DNA of 62,869 nucleotides, the filler included, from Limisphaerales bacterium (GTDB lineage Bacteria > Verrucomicrobiota > Verrucomicrobiia > Limisphaerales > SIBE01), in NCBI GenBank assembly GCA_044225505.1. It is 4 parts of 4 records of this genome, joined end to end, with 100 filler letters (N's around TTAATTAATTAA, not from the genome) between each part and the next. Parts side by side here need not be neighbours in the genome. Positions count along the whole stretch, not along the records: positions 47,773 to 62,869 come from JBGAIN010000192.1; 3 more parts are not named here. One strand, 5' to 3'. A program made the position numbers and the translations under genes. The notes under the pieces are model-generated. The model was not told the origin of the DNA, searched no databases, and saw only the letters and a list, made by a program, of their open reading frames with translations. Below are positions 49,153 to 60,455 of the stretch, piece after piece (within the stretch, counting starts at the first letter, position 1; the number at the start of each line of letters is the position of its first letter).

Positions 49153-50277
49153 ATGACCAGCTCTCAGCCGTTGATTCCAGTCGAACGAATTTTACTAGGT
49201 CCAGGACCGAGTCCAGTGCCACAGCGCGTCTTGCGCGCAATGGCGGCCCCGACTCTGGGCCACTTGGACCCGCAATACCTGGCGATCCTGGACGCGACAT
49301 GTGAAATGCTGAGGCGTGTGTTTGGGACGCAAAACGCTCTCACATTTCCGGTCAGCGGGACGGGCATGGCCGGAATGGAATGCGTGGCCGTAAACCTCAT
49401 TGAGCCTGGGGATGAGGTCATCGTCTGCGTCAATGGCGTTTTTGGCACGCGCATGAAAGACGTGATGGAACGGTGTGGAGCGACGGTCCACCCTGTGGAA
49501 GCTCCCTGGGGCGAGGTCATTGCCATCGAGCAAATCGGCGAGGCTTTGAAACAATACCCCAAAACCAAGCTCGTCGGGATTGTCCATGCCGAAACGAGTA
49601 CCGGTGCCCACCAGCCGTTGGATGGCCTCGGCCAGCTCGCGCACAGTCACGGGGCTTTGCTGGTGGTGGACGCCGTCACGAGTCTCGGAGGCCACGAGGT
49701 GCGCATGGACGACTGGGGCATCGACGCCATCTATAGCGGCACGCAGAAATGCTTGAGCTGCCCACCCGGATTAGCTCCGGTCAGTTTTGGGCCCCGGGCC
49801 TTGGAAAGGCTGGATGTCCGGAAAATCAAACCGCAATCGTGGTACTTAGATGTCACCATGTTGCGGAAGTACTACCTGAGCGGCGGCGGGGGCGGCCGGC
49901 TCTATCACCACACCGCGCCGATCAACATGACGTATGCTTTGCACGAAGCCTTGACTATCGTTTTCGAGGAGGGACTCGATGCCAGGATCAGCCGGCATGC
50001 CCAGATGCACGCGCGGCTGCGCGCGGGTCTGGAAAAGCTTGGCCTGACCTACATCCCTAAACGGAGTTTGCACACCCTAAATTGCATTCAGATTCCGAAC
50101 GGCGCCGATGACGCCTCGGTCCGACGTCGATTGTTGGAAGAATACGGCATTGAGATCGGTGCTGGCCTCGGTCCTATGGCAGGCAAGGCGTGGCGGATTG
50201 GATTAATGGGGCATGGGGCGACGGTTCGCAATGTTGACCTCGTCTTGGTGGCTCTAGCTTTGATCTTGCGTGGCTGA
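49153..50277 (+). CDS. Alanine/serine-glyoxylate aminotransferase (class V PLP enzyme)
   Basis: [42 protein letters not shown] (PLP Lys), YHHTAP, WRIGLMG. Confidence 0.94.
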   Translation: MTSSQPLIPVERILLGPGPSPVPQRVLRAMAAPTLGHLDPQYLAILDATCEMLRRVFGTQNALTFPVSGTGMAGMECVAVNLIEPGDEVIVCVNGVFGTRMKDVMERCGATVHPVEAPWGEVIAIEQIGEALKQYPKTKLVGIVHAETSTGAHQPLDGLGQLAHSHGALLVVDAVTSLGGHEVRMDDWGIDAIYSGTQKCLSCPPGLAPVSFGPRALERLDVRKIKPQSWYLDVTMLRKYYLSGGGGGRLYHHTAPINMTYALHEALTIVFEEGLDARISRHAQMHARLRAGLEKLGLTYIPKRSLHTLNCIQIPNGADDASVRRRLLEEYGIEIGAGLGPMAGKAWRIGLMGHGATVRNVDLVLVALALILRG

Positions 50278-50281
50278 TCAC

Positions 50282-51727
50282 ATGCCCGACGATGTGCTGA
50301 ACCGATTGAGCCGATTGCTTCCGCCGGAGCGATTGCTGCGGGACCCAGCGCAATTGACGGCTTACGGGAGTGATGGCTTAACAGCCTTTCACACCCGCCC
50401 TCTGGCGGTGACACTACCAGAGTCCGCGGATGAAGTCATCGCATTGGTCCGGTTTTGCCATGCCGAAAGACTCCCGTTTGTCGCTCGTGGGAGCGGCACG
50501 AGCTTGTCTGGCGGATCGCTGCCCGTGGCGAACGGAATCGTCATCGGATTGAATCGGCTCAACCGAATTCTACGGTTGGATCCCGTCCAGCGCGTGGCAA
50601 CGGTAGAGCCGGGAGTGGTCAACACGCAAGTCACGCAAGCAGCTAGCGTCCATGGCCTTTACTACGCGCCGGATCCGTCCAGCCAGACGATCTGTACCAT
50701 CGGCGGGAATGTGGCGTTCAACTCGGGTGGAGCGCATTGCCTGAAGTACGGGATGACATCAAACCACGTCTTGGGCATCAAAGCGGTTCTGGCGACGGGC
50801 GAAACCGTCGAGTGGGGAGGGGCTAGCCGGGAACAAATCGGTCCGGATTGGTGTGGCCTGTTTACCGGCCATGAAGGGCTCTTCGGGATCGCCTTGGAAA
50901 TTACGCTCCAACTGTTGCCCGTGCCGGAAAGCTATCACACGGTCCTGGCAGGCTACGCTACGTTGGAGGGAGCTGGCGACGCTGTCTCTGCCATTGTTGC
51001 GGGAGGTCTGCTGCCTGGCGCGCTCGAGATCATGGATGCACTTGCCATTCAAGCGGCCGAGGCAGCGGTCAAAGCTGGCTATCCTTCAGGGTGCGAAGCC
51101 GTTCTGATCGTAGAGCTGGAAGGGCCGCGAGAGATTGTCTCCTCCGATCGCGTCCGCCTGGAAAGCATTCTTCGAGACAGCGCCCCGAACTCACTTCGAA
51201 CGGCGGCAAATGCTGCTGAGCGAATGGCAATTTGGAAAGGACGGAAGTGCGCTTTTAGTGCGGTCGGCCGGCTTTCACCGGACTTCATCGTTCAGGATGG
51301 AGTGGTTCCCCGTCGTCGGTTGGGAGAGGCCCTGCGGCAGATCGCGATTCTCTCCAAGGAAGCAGGATTGCGTTGCGCCAATGTGTTTCACGCGGGCGAC
51401 GGGAACTTGCATCCCCTGATCCTTTATAACGGCCAGGAGCGTGGCGCCCTGGCACGCGCCGAAGCTTTGGCCGGACAAATTCTCCGGCTATGCATCGCGA
51501 TGGGCGGGTCCATTACCGGCGAACACGGGATTGGCATGGAGAAGCGGGAGTATCTTCCGGAAATGTTCACAGCGGACGAGATCGATTGCATGAAGCGTGT
51601 GCGCGCAGCGTTTGATCCCTTGGGCATCGCTAATCCGGGCAAGATGTTTCCCAGTGGCAGTGGTTCAGCGCAGGCTCACATGGGACTGCATCCGCTAGAG
51701 CGAAACGGGCTCATTTCAAGAGAATGA
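50282..51727 (+). CDS. glcD: Glycolate oxidase subunit GlcD
   Basis: [59 protein letters not shown] 50270 is an alternative start. Confidence 0.92.
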   Translation: MPDDVLNRLSRLLPPERLLRDPAQLTAYGSDGLTAFHTRPLAVTLPESADEVIALVRFCHAERLPFVARGSGTSLSGGSLPVANGIVIGLNRLNRILRLDPVQRVATVEPGVVNTQVTQAASVHGLYYAPDPSSQTICTIGGNVAFNSGGAHCLKYGMTSNHVLGIKAVLATGETVEWGGASREQIGPDWCGLFTGHEGLFGIALEITLQLLPVPESYHTVLAGYATLEGAGDAVSAIVAGGLLPGALEIMDALAIQAAEAAVKAGYPSGCEAVLIVELEGPREIVSSDRVRLESILRDSAPNSLRTAANAAERMAIWKGRKCAFSAVGRLSPDFIVQDGVVPRRRLGEALRQIAILSKEAGLRCANVFHAGDGNLHPLILYNGQERGALARAEALAGQILRLCIAMGGSITGEHGIGMEKREYLPEMFTADEIDCMKRVRAAFDPLGIANPGKMFPSGSGSAQAHMGLHPLERNGLISRE

Positions 51728-51737
51728 CGGCGCCAGA

Positions 51738-52823
51738 ATGAGCCTCACCCCGACAACGATGGAGGAGCTTGCAGCGGCCGTTCGGGCGACATCGCAAGTG
51801 ATGGCAGTCGGACGCAGAACCAAGCCGTTGCTCTCTCGTTTGCCGAAAGGATTTCTTGCGCTCTCTACTGAACGTCTACACGGAATTGTGGAGTATGAGC
51901 CTGATGAATTCACGGTGACAGCGCGTGCTGGAACCCCCGTCGCGGATTTGTCGGCAGCGCTGGCGGAACGCGGCCAGTACCTCCCCTTTGAGCCGATGTT
52001 TCAAGAACGCGGAGCGACGCTGGGAGGGACATTGGCCGCCGGAACGAGTGGGCCAGGTCGGTTTCGCTACGGTGGGGTGCGAGATTTCGTTCTGGGCATT
52101 CGCTTCGTGGATGGGATGGGGCGCCTCCTCCGCATGGGCGGAAAGGTGGTCAAAAATGCGGCCGGGTTTGATTTACCCAAGTTTTTTGTAGGGAGCTTAG
52201 GCAGGTTTGGTATCCTCGGAGAGGTGACCCTCAAAGTCTTCCCACGGCCGCGCGGAATGCGGACGTTGCGTTGGAGAACCGAGTGCTTGGAGACAGCCGC
52301 GGTCGTTCTGGCAGAGCTTGGACGAAGCCGGTGTGAAATCGACGCCCTGGATGTGCCACCGGAAGGAACCAACGTTTACGCTCGCCTAGCCGGACCTGAA
52401 TCCGCCATCGACGGCATCGCGGCGCAGCTCATTGATTGGCGGAGCGGCGAACTTGTCCCTGGGGAAGAGGCCGATACTCTCTGGTCGGACTTGCGCAATG
52501 CCGCTTGGGCCGCTGACGACCGCCATTTGTGGAAAATCCCTCTGACAGAAAAGAGGATGCAGGACTTGTTCACGGTAGTGCGGCAGTTCCGGGAATCGCG
52601 CTTGCATCTCAGCGCGGGTGGGAACGTGGCATTCCTCTCCCTCCCGGCCGGGGACGCTCACGGCTCTCTGCTGAGTCGTGAGCTGGAAAGGGTCGGGTTG
52701 AACGCACTCGGCTTACAAGGGCCAAGTCCGGCCCGAATTGGTCTTATGGCAAACTACAAGATTGCGGAGAGCATGAAAGCGGCTTTAGACCCCGAGAATC
52801 GGTTTCCAGCCCTGGACATTTGA
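51738..52823 (+). CDS. glcE: Glycolate oxidase FAD-binding subunit GlcE
   Basis: GIVEYEPDE, YLPFEP, GPGRFRYGGVRD, GGKVVKNAAGFDL. Confidence 0.92.
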   Translation: MSLTPTTMEELAAAVRATSQVMAVGRRTKPLLSRLPKGFLALSTERLHGIVEYEPDEFTVTARAGTPVADLSAALAERGQYLPFEPMFQERGATLGGTLAAGTSGPGRFRYGGVRDFVLGIRFVDGMGRLLRMGGKVVKNAAGFDLPKFFVGSLGRFGILGEVTLKVFPRPRGMRTLRWRTECLETAAVVLAELGRSRCEIDALDVPPEGTNVYARLAGPESAIDGIAAQLIDWRSGELVPGEEADTLWSDLRNAAWAADDRHLWKIPLTEKRMQDLFTVVRQFRESRLHLSAGGNVAFLSLPAGDAHGSLLSRELERVGLNALGLQGPSPARIGLMANYKIAESMKAALDPENRFPALDI

Positions 52824-54095
52824 ATGTTGCATTCGATTCCAGATGAGAAGTACGGGGCATTCACCGCGCCAATGTCGCACGCGATTGAAGCGTGCGTGCA
52901 TTGCGGGTTTTGCCTGGCCGCTTGCCCCACCTATCAGGAACTTGGACAGGAGATGGATACACCTCGGGGGCGCATCGTGTTGATGAAACAGGTGTTGGAA
53001 GGCGCACTTCCGGTCGCTGCCGCCCAGCCTCACGTGGATCGTTGTTTGGGGTGCTTGGCATGCGAACCTGCGTGTCCGAGTGGGGTCTCTTACCGCGATC
53101 TCATCAGCCCCTTCCGCAGCGTTGCCGCGTCGCAGTTCCGGCGGCCGTGGGATTCTCGGGTTCGGCGGTGGCTCGCAGGACGGACATTGCCATTTCCTGC
53201 GCGCCTTCGGCTGGCTGCCACTGTCGGTGCGTGGTTCAGGCGGGCGCCAGGGCTAGTTCCAAACGCGTTTCGCCCAATGTTGGCGCTCCTGCCGCATTCA
53301 TCGACTTCTGAAACACACTGGCCGCCAGTCGTGGCGGCTCAAGGAGAGCGGCGTGCCCGCGTGGCCCTGTTGCTGGGCTGTGCGCAAAGGGTGTTCTGTC
53401 CGGACATCAATCAGGCAAGCATCGAAGTCTTGCGGCGGAACGGTGTCGAAGTGGTCATTCCTGCCGCACAGGCTTGCTGCGGTGGACTGGCTTGGCATAC
53501 GGGCGATTTATCCGCGGCGCAGAGGTTTGCGCGCCAGAATGTGAGGGCTTTTCCGACTGATCTCGACGCGGTGCTCACCAATGCGGCGGGGTGCGGGTCG
53601 GCGATGCACGAGTACTGTGTGATTCTCCGCGGCACTCCAGATCAACCCGCCGCCGAAAGACTGAGCTCTCACGTGTGGGACATCGCTACGTTCCTGATCC
53701 GCCTGGGGATGCGCGAGGCGCCGCGGGGTTGGGGAGAGAAACATCGGGTGGTTTATCAAGACGCATGCCATTTGCTCAACGCTCAAAGAGTGAGGGACGA
53801 GCCGCGCCAACTACTACAATCAATTCCGAACCTGGACTTGTGCGAGGTCGCGGAACCGCAAACCTGTTGTGGAAGTGCTGGGACCTACAATTTGGATCAG
53901 CCTGGCATCGCCGCGTCGTTGGGAGAAAAGAAAGCGAAGAATTTGATGGCGACCGGGGCTGAGCTCATAGCCACGGGCAATATCGGATGTATGCTGCAAG
54001 TGCAGACGCACTTGGCCCGTTTGGGATCGAAGTTGGCTGTTCGGCACACCATGCAACTGCTACGCGACGCCTATGAAGGTCGATGGACGGGGTGA
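52824..54095 (+). CDS. glcF: Glycolate oxidase iron-sulfur subunit GlcF
   Basis: CVHCGFCLAACP, CLGCLACEPACP, two CCG domains, YQDACHL, GNIGC. Confidence 0.93.
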   Translation: MLHSIPDEKYGAFTAPMSHAIEACVHCGFCLAACPTYQELGQEMDTPRGRIVLMKQVLEGALPVAAAQPHVDRCLGCLACEPACPSGVSYRDLISPFRSVAASQFRRPWDSRVRRWLAGRTLPFPARLRLAATVGAWFRRAPGLVPNAFRPMLALLPHSSTSETHWPPVVAAQGERRARVALLLGCAQRVFCPDINQASIEVLRRNGVEVVIPAAQACCGGLAWHTGDLSAAQRFARQNVRAFPTDLDAVLTNAAGCGSAMHEYCVILRGTPDQPAAERLSSHVWDIATFLIRLGMREAPRGWGEKHRVVYQDACHLLNAQRVRDEPRQLLQSIPNLDLCEVAEPQTCCGSAGTYNLDQPGIAASLGEKKAKNLMATGAELIATGNIGCMLQVQTHLARLGSKLAVRHTMQLLRDAYEGRWTG

Positions 54096-54103
54096 GGAAT
54101 GGC

Positions 54104-54137
54104 CTAGGAGCCTGTTGAAGAATCAGCAGGCTCCCAG
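54104..54137. repeat. 12-bp hairpin after glcF (terminator or IS-end-like scar)
   Basis: CTA-GGAGCCTGTTGA-AGAA-TCAGCAGGCTCC-CAG; the 11-mer CTAGGAGCCTG recurs at 44859-44869. Confidence 0.6.
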
Positions 54138-54345
54138 GGCGGTCAATCCTGAGGAACGTCGCTGGTCGGGTGCGGTGGAAGCGGCTGCGAGTGGATTCCT
54201 TCGTGGCAAGGTTGTCTGTCCTCACGTAGCCCGTGCCCGCGCACACGGCTGTTCCCATTGGTCCAAGGTTCAGCGCTGACAAGGGCCACCGGGCTGCCAC
54301 CGCGAATTCGGAACCGGAGTTCGGTGAGTGTCCGTAAATCCCGGC

Positions 54346-55221
54346 TCACTTCAAAGGAGACCACTTCGAGTGCTTGTAGCGTTGGTACACCCACTGGAAA
54401 TCGCGGTTCTTGTTATTCCCGCCCGTCCAGTTGAAACTGGATTTCCCAGCAGCGGAGTCGGTGGCCGCTTTGATTGTGGACGCTTCCAGCCAATGGTGAG
54501 ATTCGGCGTGACCATCTGCGAAAGAGATGGTGCTCGTCCTGCCGTGAAAGATGGCAAACGGATCGACCCAACCAGCGGAGGGAGCGACATCGATAACCCA
54601 CGTTCCCAGGTTGTAATTGCGCGGATCGGATTCTTCGAGGAAGACCATCGCTTCCGCTGAGTCAAGCACGGTGCTAATCTTCTTGTAAGGAGTCTGCCCG
54701 CCGCCCTGCCAATCGCTCAGACCATTCATTCCATTGGCCTTCGAATAGCTGTCGTAGGCCCAGCCGCGACCCGGTTTCAGGCGTTTGGTCCGAAGGTCGC
54801 CCGGACAATGGTAGCTCGCCGGACTGCTGACATAGGAGTAAAGTGCACCCTTCTTGAACCCATTCTCCACATAGCGCTGAGCCGTCGAGGATGTCATACT
54901 CGTCCCAATATCCTGGAACTTTCCTTGATCATTAAAAGGCCCGGGCCAGTAGCCACCGCCATAGTTATCGAGCTGCCCGGCGACAGGCGTCGTGTATATC
55001 ATGGCGTCGTTGTTCTCATCCGCGTAGAGGATAAAACCGAGCAGAAGTTGCTTCTGGTTATTGAGGCAAGCGGCGCCGGTCGCTTTCATTTTGGATTTGG
55101 CCAAGGTCGGCAGCAACATGCCCGCCAGGATGGCGATAATGGCTATCACGACTAGCAACTCGATGAGTGTGAAGCCACCAACGGAGGTTGAGGTTCGGCG
55201 TTCGCTGGCCAAGGATTTCAT
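54346..55221 (-). CDS. Prepilin-type cleavage/methylation domain protein with H-X9-DG motif
   Basis: [50 protein letters not shown]. Confidence 0.94.
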   Translation of the reverse strand: MKSLASERRTSTSVGGFTLIELLVVIAIIAILAGMLLPTLAKSKMKATGAACLNNQKQLLLGFILYADENNDAMIYTTPVAGQLDNYGGGYWPGPFNDQGKFQDIGTSMTSSTAQRYVENGFKKGALYSYVSSPASYHCPGDLRTKRLKPGRGWAYDSYSKANGMNGLSDWQGGGQTPYKKISTVLDSAEAMVFLEESDPRNYNLGTWVIDVAPSAGWVDPFAIFHGRTSTISFADGHAESHHWLEASTIKAATDSAAGKSSFNWTGGNNKNRDFQWVYQRYKHSKWSPLK

Positions 55222-55284
55222 AATCGGGAATCGGGTTATTGACAACATACCGACTTCTCTCCGTGTCACAAGCGATTTCCGATG

Positions 55285-56742
55285 CTAGGCCAGAACGGCC
55301 TTTACGACTTCGCCCGCCACATCCGTGAGGCGGAAATCTCGCCCGTTATAGCGAAATGTGAGTTGCTCGTGGTTCAACCCCAGGAGATGGAGAATGGTGG
55401 CATGAAGATCGTTGATGGTGACTTTATTCACGGCAGCTTTGAATCCCACTTCGTCCGTTTCGCCGTAGTGGACCCCTGGTCTGATGCCACCTCCAGCCAT
55501 CCAGATCGTGTTGGCGTGTTGATTATGGTCCCGGCCTGGTTTGTCACCAGGTTGTGAGATGGGCAAACGTCCAAACTCACCACCCCAGATAACGAGCGTG
55601 CTTTCCAAAAGTCCCCGTTGTTCCAGGTCGGTCAAGAGCGCGGCGATCGGTTGGTCAGTCTCTGCGGCAAAGCCTGTATGGTTGCCGAAGATGTCGCGGT
55701 GACCGTCCCAGCTCAGTTGGTTTTCGGTCCCACCACTGTAGATTTGCACAAAACGGACCCCGCGCTCTACCAGGCGTCGGGAGAGGAGACATTGCTTGGC
55801 AAAATGCGAGCACCGTTTCTCGTTGATCCCATAGAGCTCCTGGATGTGATCGGGCTCCTTCTCCAGGTTCATGGCTTCGGGAGCGGTGACCTGCATGCGA
55901 TAAGCGAGTTCGAAGCTTTCGATGCGAGCATTCAACTCATTATCTGCCTCACGCTTCAGGTGCTCGCGATTGAGCTTCGCCATCAAATCGAGCTGGGCGC
56001 GTTGCGCGGCGTCAGTCATTTCGGAGGGGCGAACGAGATTATCGATTGGCTGACCTTTCGGACGCAAGTGTGTCCCCTGGTAGACGCTCGGAAGGAAACC
56101 GGCTCCCCAGTTTTGCGCGTAGCCTTTGGGTAACCCACGATTGAGAGGGTCCGCCATGACGACAAACCCGGGAAGATTCTGATTTTCTGAACCGAGGCCA
56201 TAGTTAATCCATGAGCCCACGCATGGAAACCCCATACGGGTAAAGCCCGTATTAATCGCGAAGAGCGCGGGGCTATGGTTGTTGGATTCGGTATGAAGAG
56301 AATGGATAAAGGCCATTTTATCGACGTGCTTGGCCATATTGGGGAATAGTTCCGAAACCCAGGAACCGCTCTGTCCGTGTTGTGCAAAAGCAAACGGCGA
56401 TTTCATCAGCGGGCCGACTTCATTTGCAAAAAAACCGGTGAACTTGTCCATGCCGTCAAGTTTCTGGCCGTGGCGCTTGATTAACTCCGGTTTGTAATCC
56501 CAGGTGTCCACCTGGCTCGGGCCGCCATTCATGAACAGCCAGATCACCGCTTTGGCACGAGGTGGAAAGTGAGGAGGCTTCGGAGAGAGCGGGTTCGAAG
56601 GCACGGCGGCGGCCTTGCGGACGAGCAAGCCCTGTTGCTCGAGCAAGCCGGCCAGAGCAATCAATCCGAACCCAGCGCCCGCGCGCTTGAGGGCTTGTCT
56701 TCGGGACATAGCCTGAAATCCAGAGGGAAGCGGGTGAGTCAT
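55285..56742 (-). CDS. DUF1501 domain protein (Tat signal)
   Basis: SRRQAL, VIWLFMNGGPSQVDTWDYKP, RRLVERGVRFVQ, WGGEFGR, GRDHN, GRDFRLTDVAG. Confidence 0.93.
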   Translation of the reverse strand: MTHPLPSGFQAMSRRQALKRAGAGFGLIALAGLLEQQGLLVRKAAAVPSNPLSPKPPHFPPRAKAVIWLFMNGGPSQVDTWDYKPELIKRHGQKLDGMDKFTGFFANEVGPLMKSPFAFAQHGQSGSWVSELFPNMAKHVDKMAFIHSLHTESNNHSPALFAINTGFTRMGFPCVGSWINYGLGSENQNLPGFVVMADPLNRGLPKGYAQNWGAGFLPSVYQGTHLRPKGQPIDNLVRPSEMTDAAQRAQLDLMAKLNREHLKREADNELNARIESFELAYRMQVTAPEAMNLEKEPDHIQELYGINEKRCSHFAKQCLLSRRLVERGVRFVQIYSGGTENQLSWDGHRDIFGNHTGFAAETDQPIAALLTDLEQRGLLESTLVIWGGEFGRLPISQPGDKPGRDHNQHANTIWMAGGGIRPGVHYGETDEVGFKAAVNKVTINDLHATILHLLGLNHEQLTFRYNGRDFRLTDVAGEVVKAVLA

Positions 56743-56757
56743 AAGATTCGAGGGCGG

Positions 56758-59700
56758 CTATTCGACGTAGATGAATTCGTTCAGGCCGAGCAATGCTTGC
56801 GAGAAATCGGCCAGCGCCAAAGCTGGCGCGTCGGCCGGGTGAGTGGCGCGGTACGAGTCCGTTTGCTGCGCCAGAAAAGCCGCGGAGGAGGCAAGTTCGG
56901 CGGCATCCGGTTGGCGTCCCAACGCCAGCTGATAAGCCTGATTCACAATGAGTTCTGCTTCGGTGCCGCACGCGGCACGAAGGCGGGCGGCCAACGCGCG
57001 TGCGCAAGCCCGGACTTGGTCATTGTTCATGAAGAGCAAGGCTTGCGGTGCGACAGTGGTTGGCACACGGCTGCCGACGCTGACGGAAGGGTCCGGGGCG
57101 TCGAACAACTGCAAAATGGGAATGAACTGGCTGCGCTTGATGAAAAAGTAGATGCTACGGCGTCGCATGCTTTCATCCATCGTTCCTGGGCCAAAAAGAC
57201 GTTGATCGAGTATACCACTAACATAAAGCAGCGAGTCGCGAATCGCCTCGGCTTCCAGCCGGGTGCGATCCCGGCGCCAGAGGAGTTGGTTGTCCGGATC
57301 GACCTTCTCACGAAGCGGATCCCGGTCGATCGTCTGAAGGTAAGTCGCGCTCGTCATCATCAGTTTGTGAATCCGTTTAAGATTCCACTGATCCGCTGCA
57401 AGTCCTGGGCGAGCCAATTCAAACAATCCTCGATGGCTAGGCGTGCTCCTTGAGTTCCAGTTGCTGCCACGCTACCCTTTCCAAAATGGTGTTGCCACAG
57501 CCGGTTAACTGCCACGCGCAGCACAAGTCTCCCGCGCCCTGGACTGGGTCTGTAATCCACTGGGCCAACGCGCGGCGGCGCCACGAGGTTCGGCAGCCAG
57601 CGGGTGGTGGTTGCTGCCAGCAGTGATCACCGTCCGACGCGCGGTGAGAATCTTCAGATATCCAGGCGTCATCTCGTCGCCTTTCTGGCGGGGATTCCTC
57701 GCTTGAGGAAGTGTCGGCGTAGAAGTGCGGGAAACCCTGCCCGTCGGCATGGTGAGGAATCGGCTTGACCCCTTCACTCGTGATCATGACTTTCTTCAGG
57801 TCGGGTTTGGGCTCATTCCGGAGGTGGTCTTGGACCGCGGTATCCAGTCGGCGCCAGTCCGAATCCATCGTCCGATAATAGCGTTGAAGCATCAGCCTTT
57901 GCGCATCATTCAAGGTCTCACCCAGGTTTGCTCCCGGCGGAAGTGACGCAAACACTTCGGCGACGGATTGTGGTATGCCTTCGGCCGTCCACGAATCAGT
58001 GAGCGCAGGGGCGATGGCCAAGCGAAAGTGTCCGATCGCGTGGCGAGTATTGCCATTAAAACCCAAAGTGATAGCGAGCTTGGTGCCTCCAGGAAACGTC
58101 GCCGGCGATGCGAACTCAAATACCGCGGTGTGATTCGTGCCAAATTGCGGATCGATCGCCCAACCCGTCTTGGCGTTATCGTCGATAACCTTAGCAGCGC
58201 TCAGGTCCGCGCTTTGTTCGAACGTGGCTCTTGGATTGACCAATTTATACTCCACCGGCTCGCCGGTGCCATGCAGCGGTGTGGCCCGGACCTGCAGTTC
58301 CGTAAATTGAAAGTTGCCGTTGTCAGCCCGGCCAGGTCCTCCTTTAGGCAATGACGGATCGGCAAGCGCTTCGACTCGAATCGCCGCCAAGTTGGTCAAG
58401 TGGGTTTGAGCGGTGAGCAGAAAAGTGTCGTGGTCCGGATTCTTGCCGCTGGCCAAAACGGACCCGTCTCCCAGCTGGCTCAGAGTGGCGCCGCCCTTAG
58501 ACTGTAGCTCGTTCAAATCAAGGGTCATCCACGCGGGTCTGGCCAGAGACTCCGATGGCGCCTGACGGAGCCAACGCTCAAACCGAGCCGGTAACTGGTT
58601 CTTTTCCCATTCGTCACGGGCCGCGAGGAGCGGGGCATGGGCATGGTCGAACGCTGCTTTGGCCGTTCGATACTTCTCAGGATCGAAATCGAGTGGGACC
58701 TCGCTCCGGATAGTCGTGGCGAAGGTCGCAATGAAGCGGTAATACTCTTTGCTCGAAATGGGGTCGAACTTGTGATCGTGGCAGCGCGCACAGCCCAGGG
58801 TGAGCCCAAGCATCGCGCTACTGGTCGTTGACGCCATATTGTCGAGCTCATCATAACGCGCCGGCTCGAACTCGGCTTCTGTCAATTGCGTGGGAAAGAC
58901 CCCAGCGCCCACAAACCCAGTGGCGGCCAAAGCCCACGGATTCTCTGGATCAAATTCATCTCCCGCGAGTTGCCAGCGGATAAACTGGTCGAAAGGCATG
59001 TCCTCGTTCAGGGCTTTAATGACGAAATCGCGGTACCAGTAAGCAAATGGCCGGTCGTAATCCTGTTCAAATCCGTGACTTTCCCCAAACCGGGCGGTAT
59101 CCAGCCAGTGCCGCGCCCAACGCTCGCCGTAATGCGGAGAAGCGAGGAGAGTGTCGATCAATTTCAAGTAGGCATCCGCGGACTCGTCCCCGACAAAGGC
59201 GTCTACCTGCTCTGGTGTCGGGGGCAAACCGATCAGATCGAAATAGGCGCGACGGACCAACAAGCGCTTGTCAGTCGTCGGATTCGGGCGAATGCCCTTG
59301 GCTTCGAGTTTGGCCAGCACGAATTGGTCGATTGGATTGCGAACCCAACGCGTATCTTCCACCACTGGCGGAACTGTAATCTGAAGTGGTTTAAACGCCC
59401 AATGGTTCGCCGGATCGATTCCCGTCCCGGCAACCGCCTCTGGCCAAGGAGCGCCTTCATCAATCCAGGCGCGAATGATTTCAATCTTTTCTGCCGACAA
59501 AGCGTCGGCCTTTTGCGGCATGCGCTCGTCAGGGTCGGACGTGATCAATCGTTGCAGCAGCGAACTTTGATCGCTGTGCCCAGGCACGATTACCACGCCG
59601 CCCTCGCCGCCTTTCAGCGCGAAAGCTCTCACGTCTAAGCGCAAGCCACCTCGTTTCTTCTCCGCTCCGTGACATGAGTAACACGACTCTCGGAGGATCG

Positions 59701-59824
59701 GCTGAACCTGGTGGATATAGTCCACTGGCTTGCTTTCCGCGGCAGTCGTGGAAAGGACGGATAAACACAGGACCAACCCCAGGCCGGCACTGCATACGAT
59801 GGGCGCTACGGGAATCGTTCGCAT
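56758..59824 (-). CDS. Planctomycete cytochrome c / PSD1 (DUF1549 + DUF1553) protein, reading frame broken around 57400-57720
   Basis: CYSCH, NPIDQF, YGERWARHWLD, CARCHDHKFDP; shifted frames supply VNRLWQHHFGKG and RLEAEAIRDSLL...PQALLFMN. Confidence 0.88.
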
Positions 59825-59937
59825 GGACAACGCGTTCAACTTTAGACGGTCTCTCAGCAAAAGCCAGTTTTGGTTGGTTGAGTCGGTCACGGCGTGCTGG
59901 GCGAGTGGCTCATGGGGGCGCAAAACGCCGCCGCGAT

Positions 59938-60432
59938 CTAATCGGGCAGAATTCGAATGGTGTCGCCCACCGTGATCGTTCCAGACTGCACGACCTGAGC
60001 GAGAACTCCTTGCCGACCGGATTCCATCAGCTTTTTTAGACCCGGAGAAATCGAATCCATTCGCGCACACGGAGTGCGCGCCTCGACTACCAGAAGGATA
60101 GATTCGCCGACGTGGATTCGCCTCCCGATCCAGGTGCTCAGGTCGATCCCGGTGGTTTCAATGTTGGCCCGAACCGTGCCAGGAAGGATATCAGGAATTC
60201 CGAGGGTGCGAGCGTGAGCTTGGATTTGTTCACGTTCCATCAGGCTAATTTGGCGATGGCTCGGTAGACCGGAACTTCTCCGACGACGATTGAAATAGCG
60301 CGTGTCTCCGTCGATCCCCAAATCTTGAACCGTCTGGACGGAAAGGACCGGAAGCATCGGGCCTCCGCTGGCGGGCGGATGCAGGTGCAACGACGCAACC
60401 AGGCCTTCCAGGGATGAAGGAGAAAGTGTCAT
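59938..60432 (-). CDS. MOSC domain protein
   Basis: GIDGD.RY, RQISL, RANIET.GID, PCARMD, GVLAQVVQSGTITVGD. Confidence 0.9.
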   Translation of the reverse strand: MTLSPSSLEGLVASLHLHPPASGGPMLPVLSVQTVQDLGIDGDTRYFNRRRRSSGLPSHRQISLMEREQIQAHARTLGIPDILPGTVRANIETTGIDLSTWIGRRIHVGESILLVVEARTPCARMDSISPGLKKLMESGRQGVLAQVVQSGTITVGDTIRILPD

Positions 60433-60455
60433 GGGGAAGCAACGCGCCGAGCACC

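Noticed and set aside
57400..57720. Programmed frameshifting in the PSD1 gene
   Set aside because: Several shifts plus missing conserved residues and no slippery site; fits sequence error or decay
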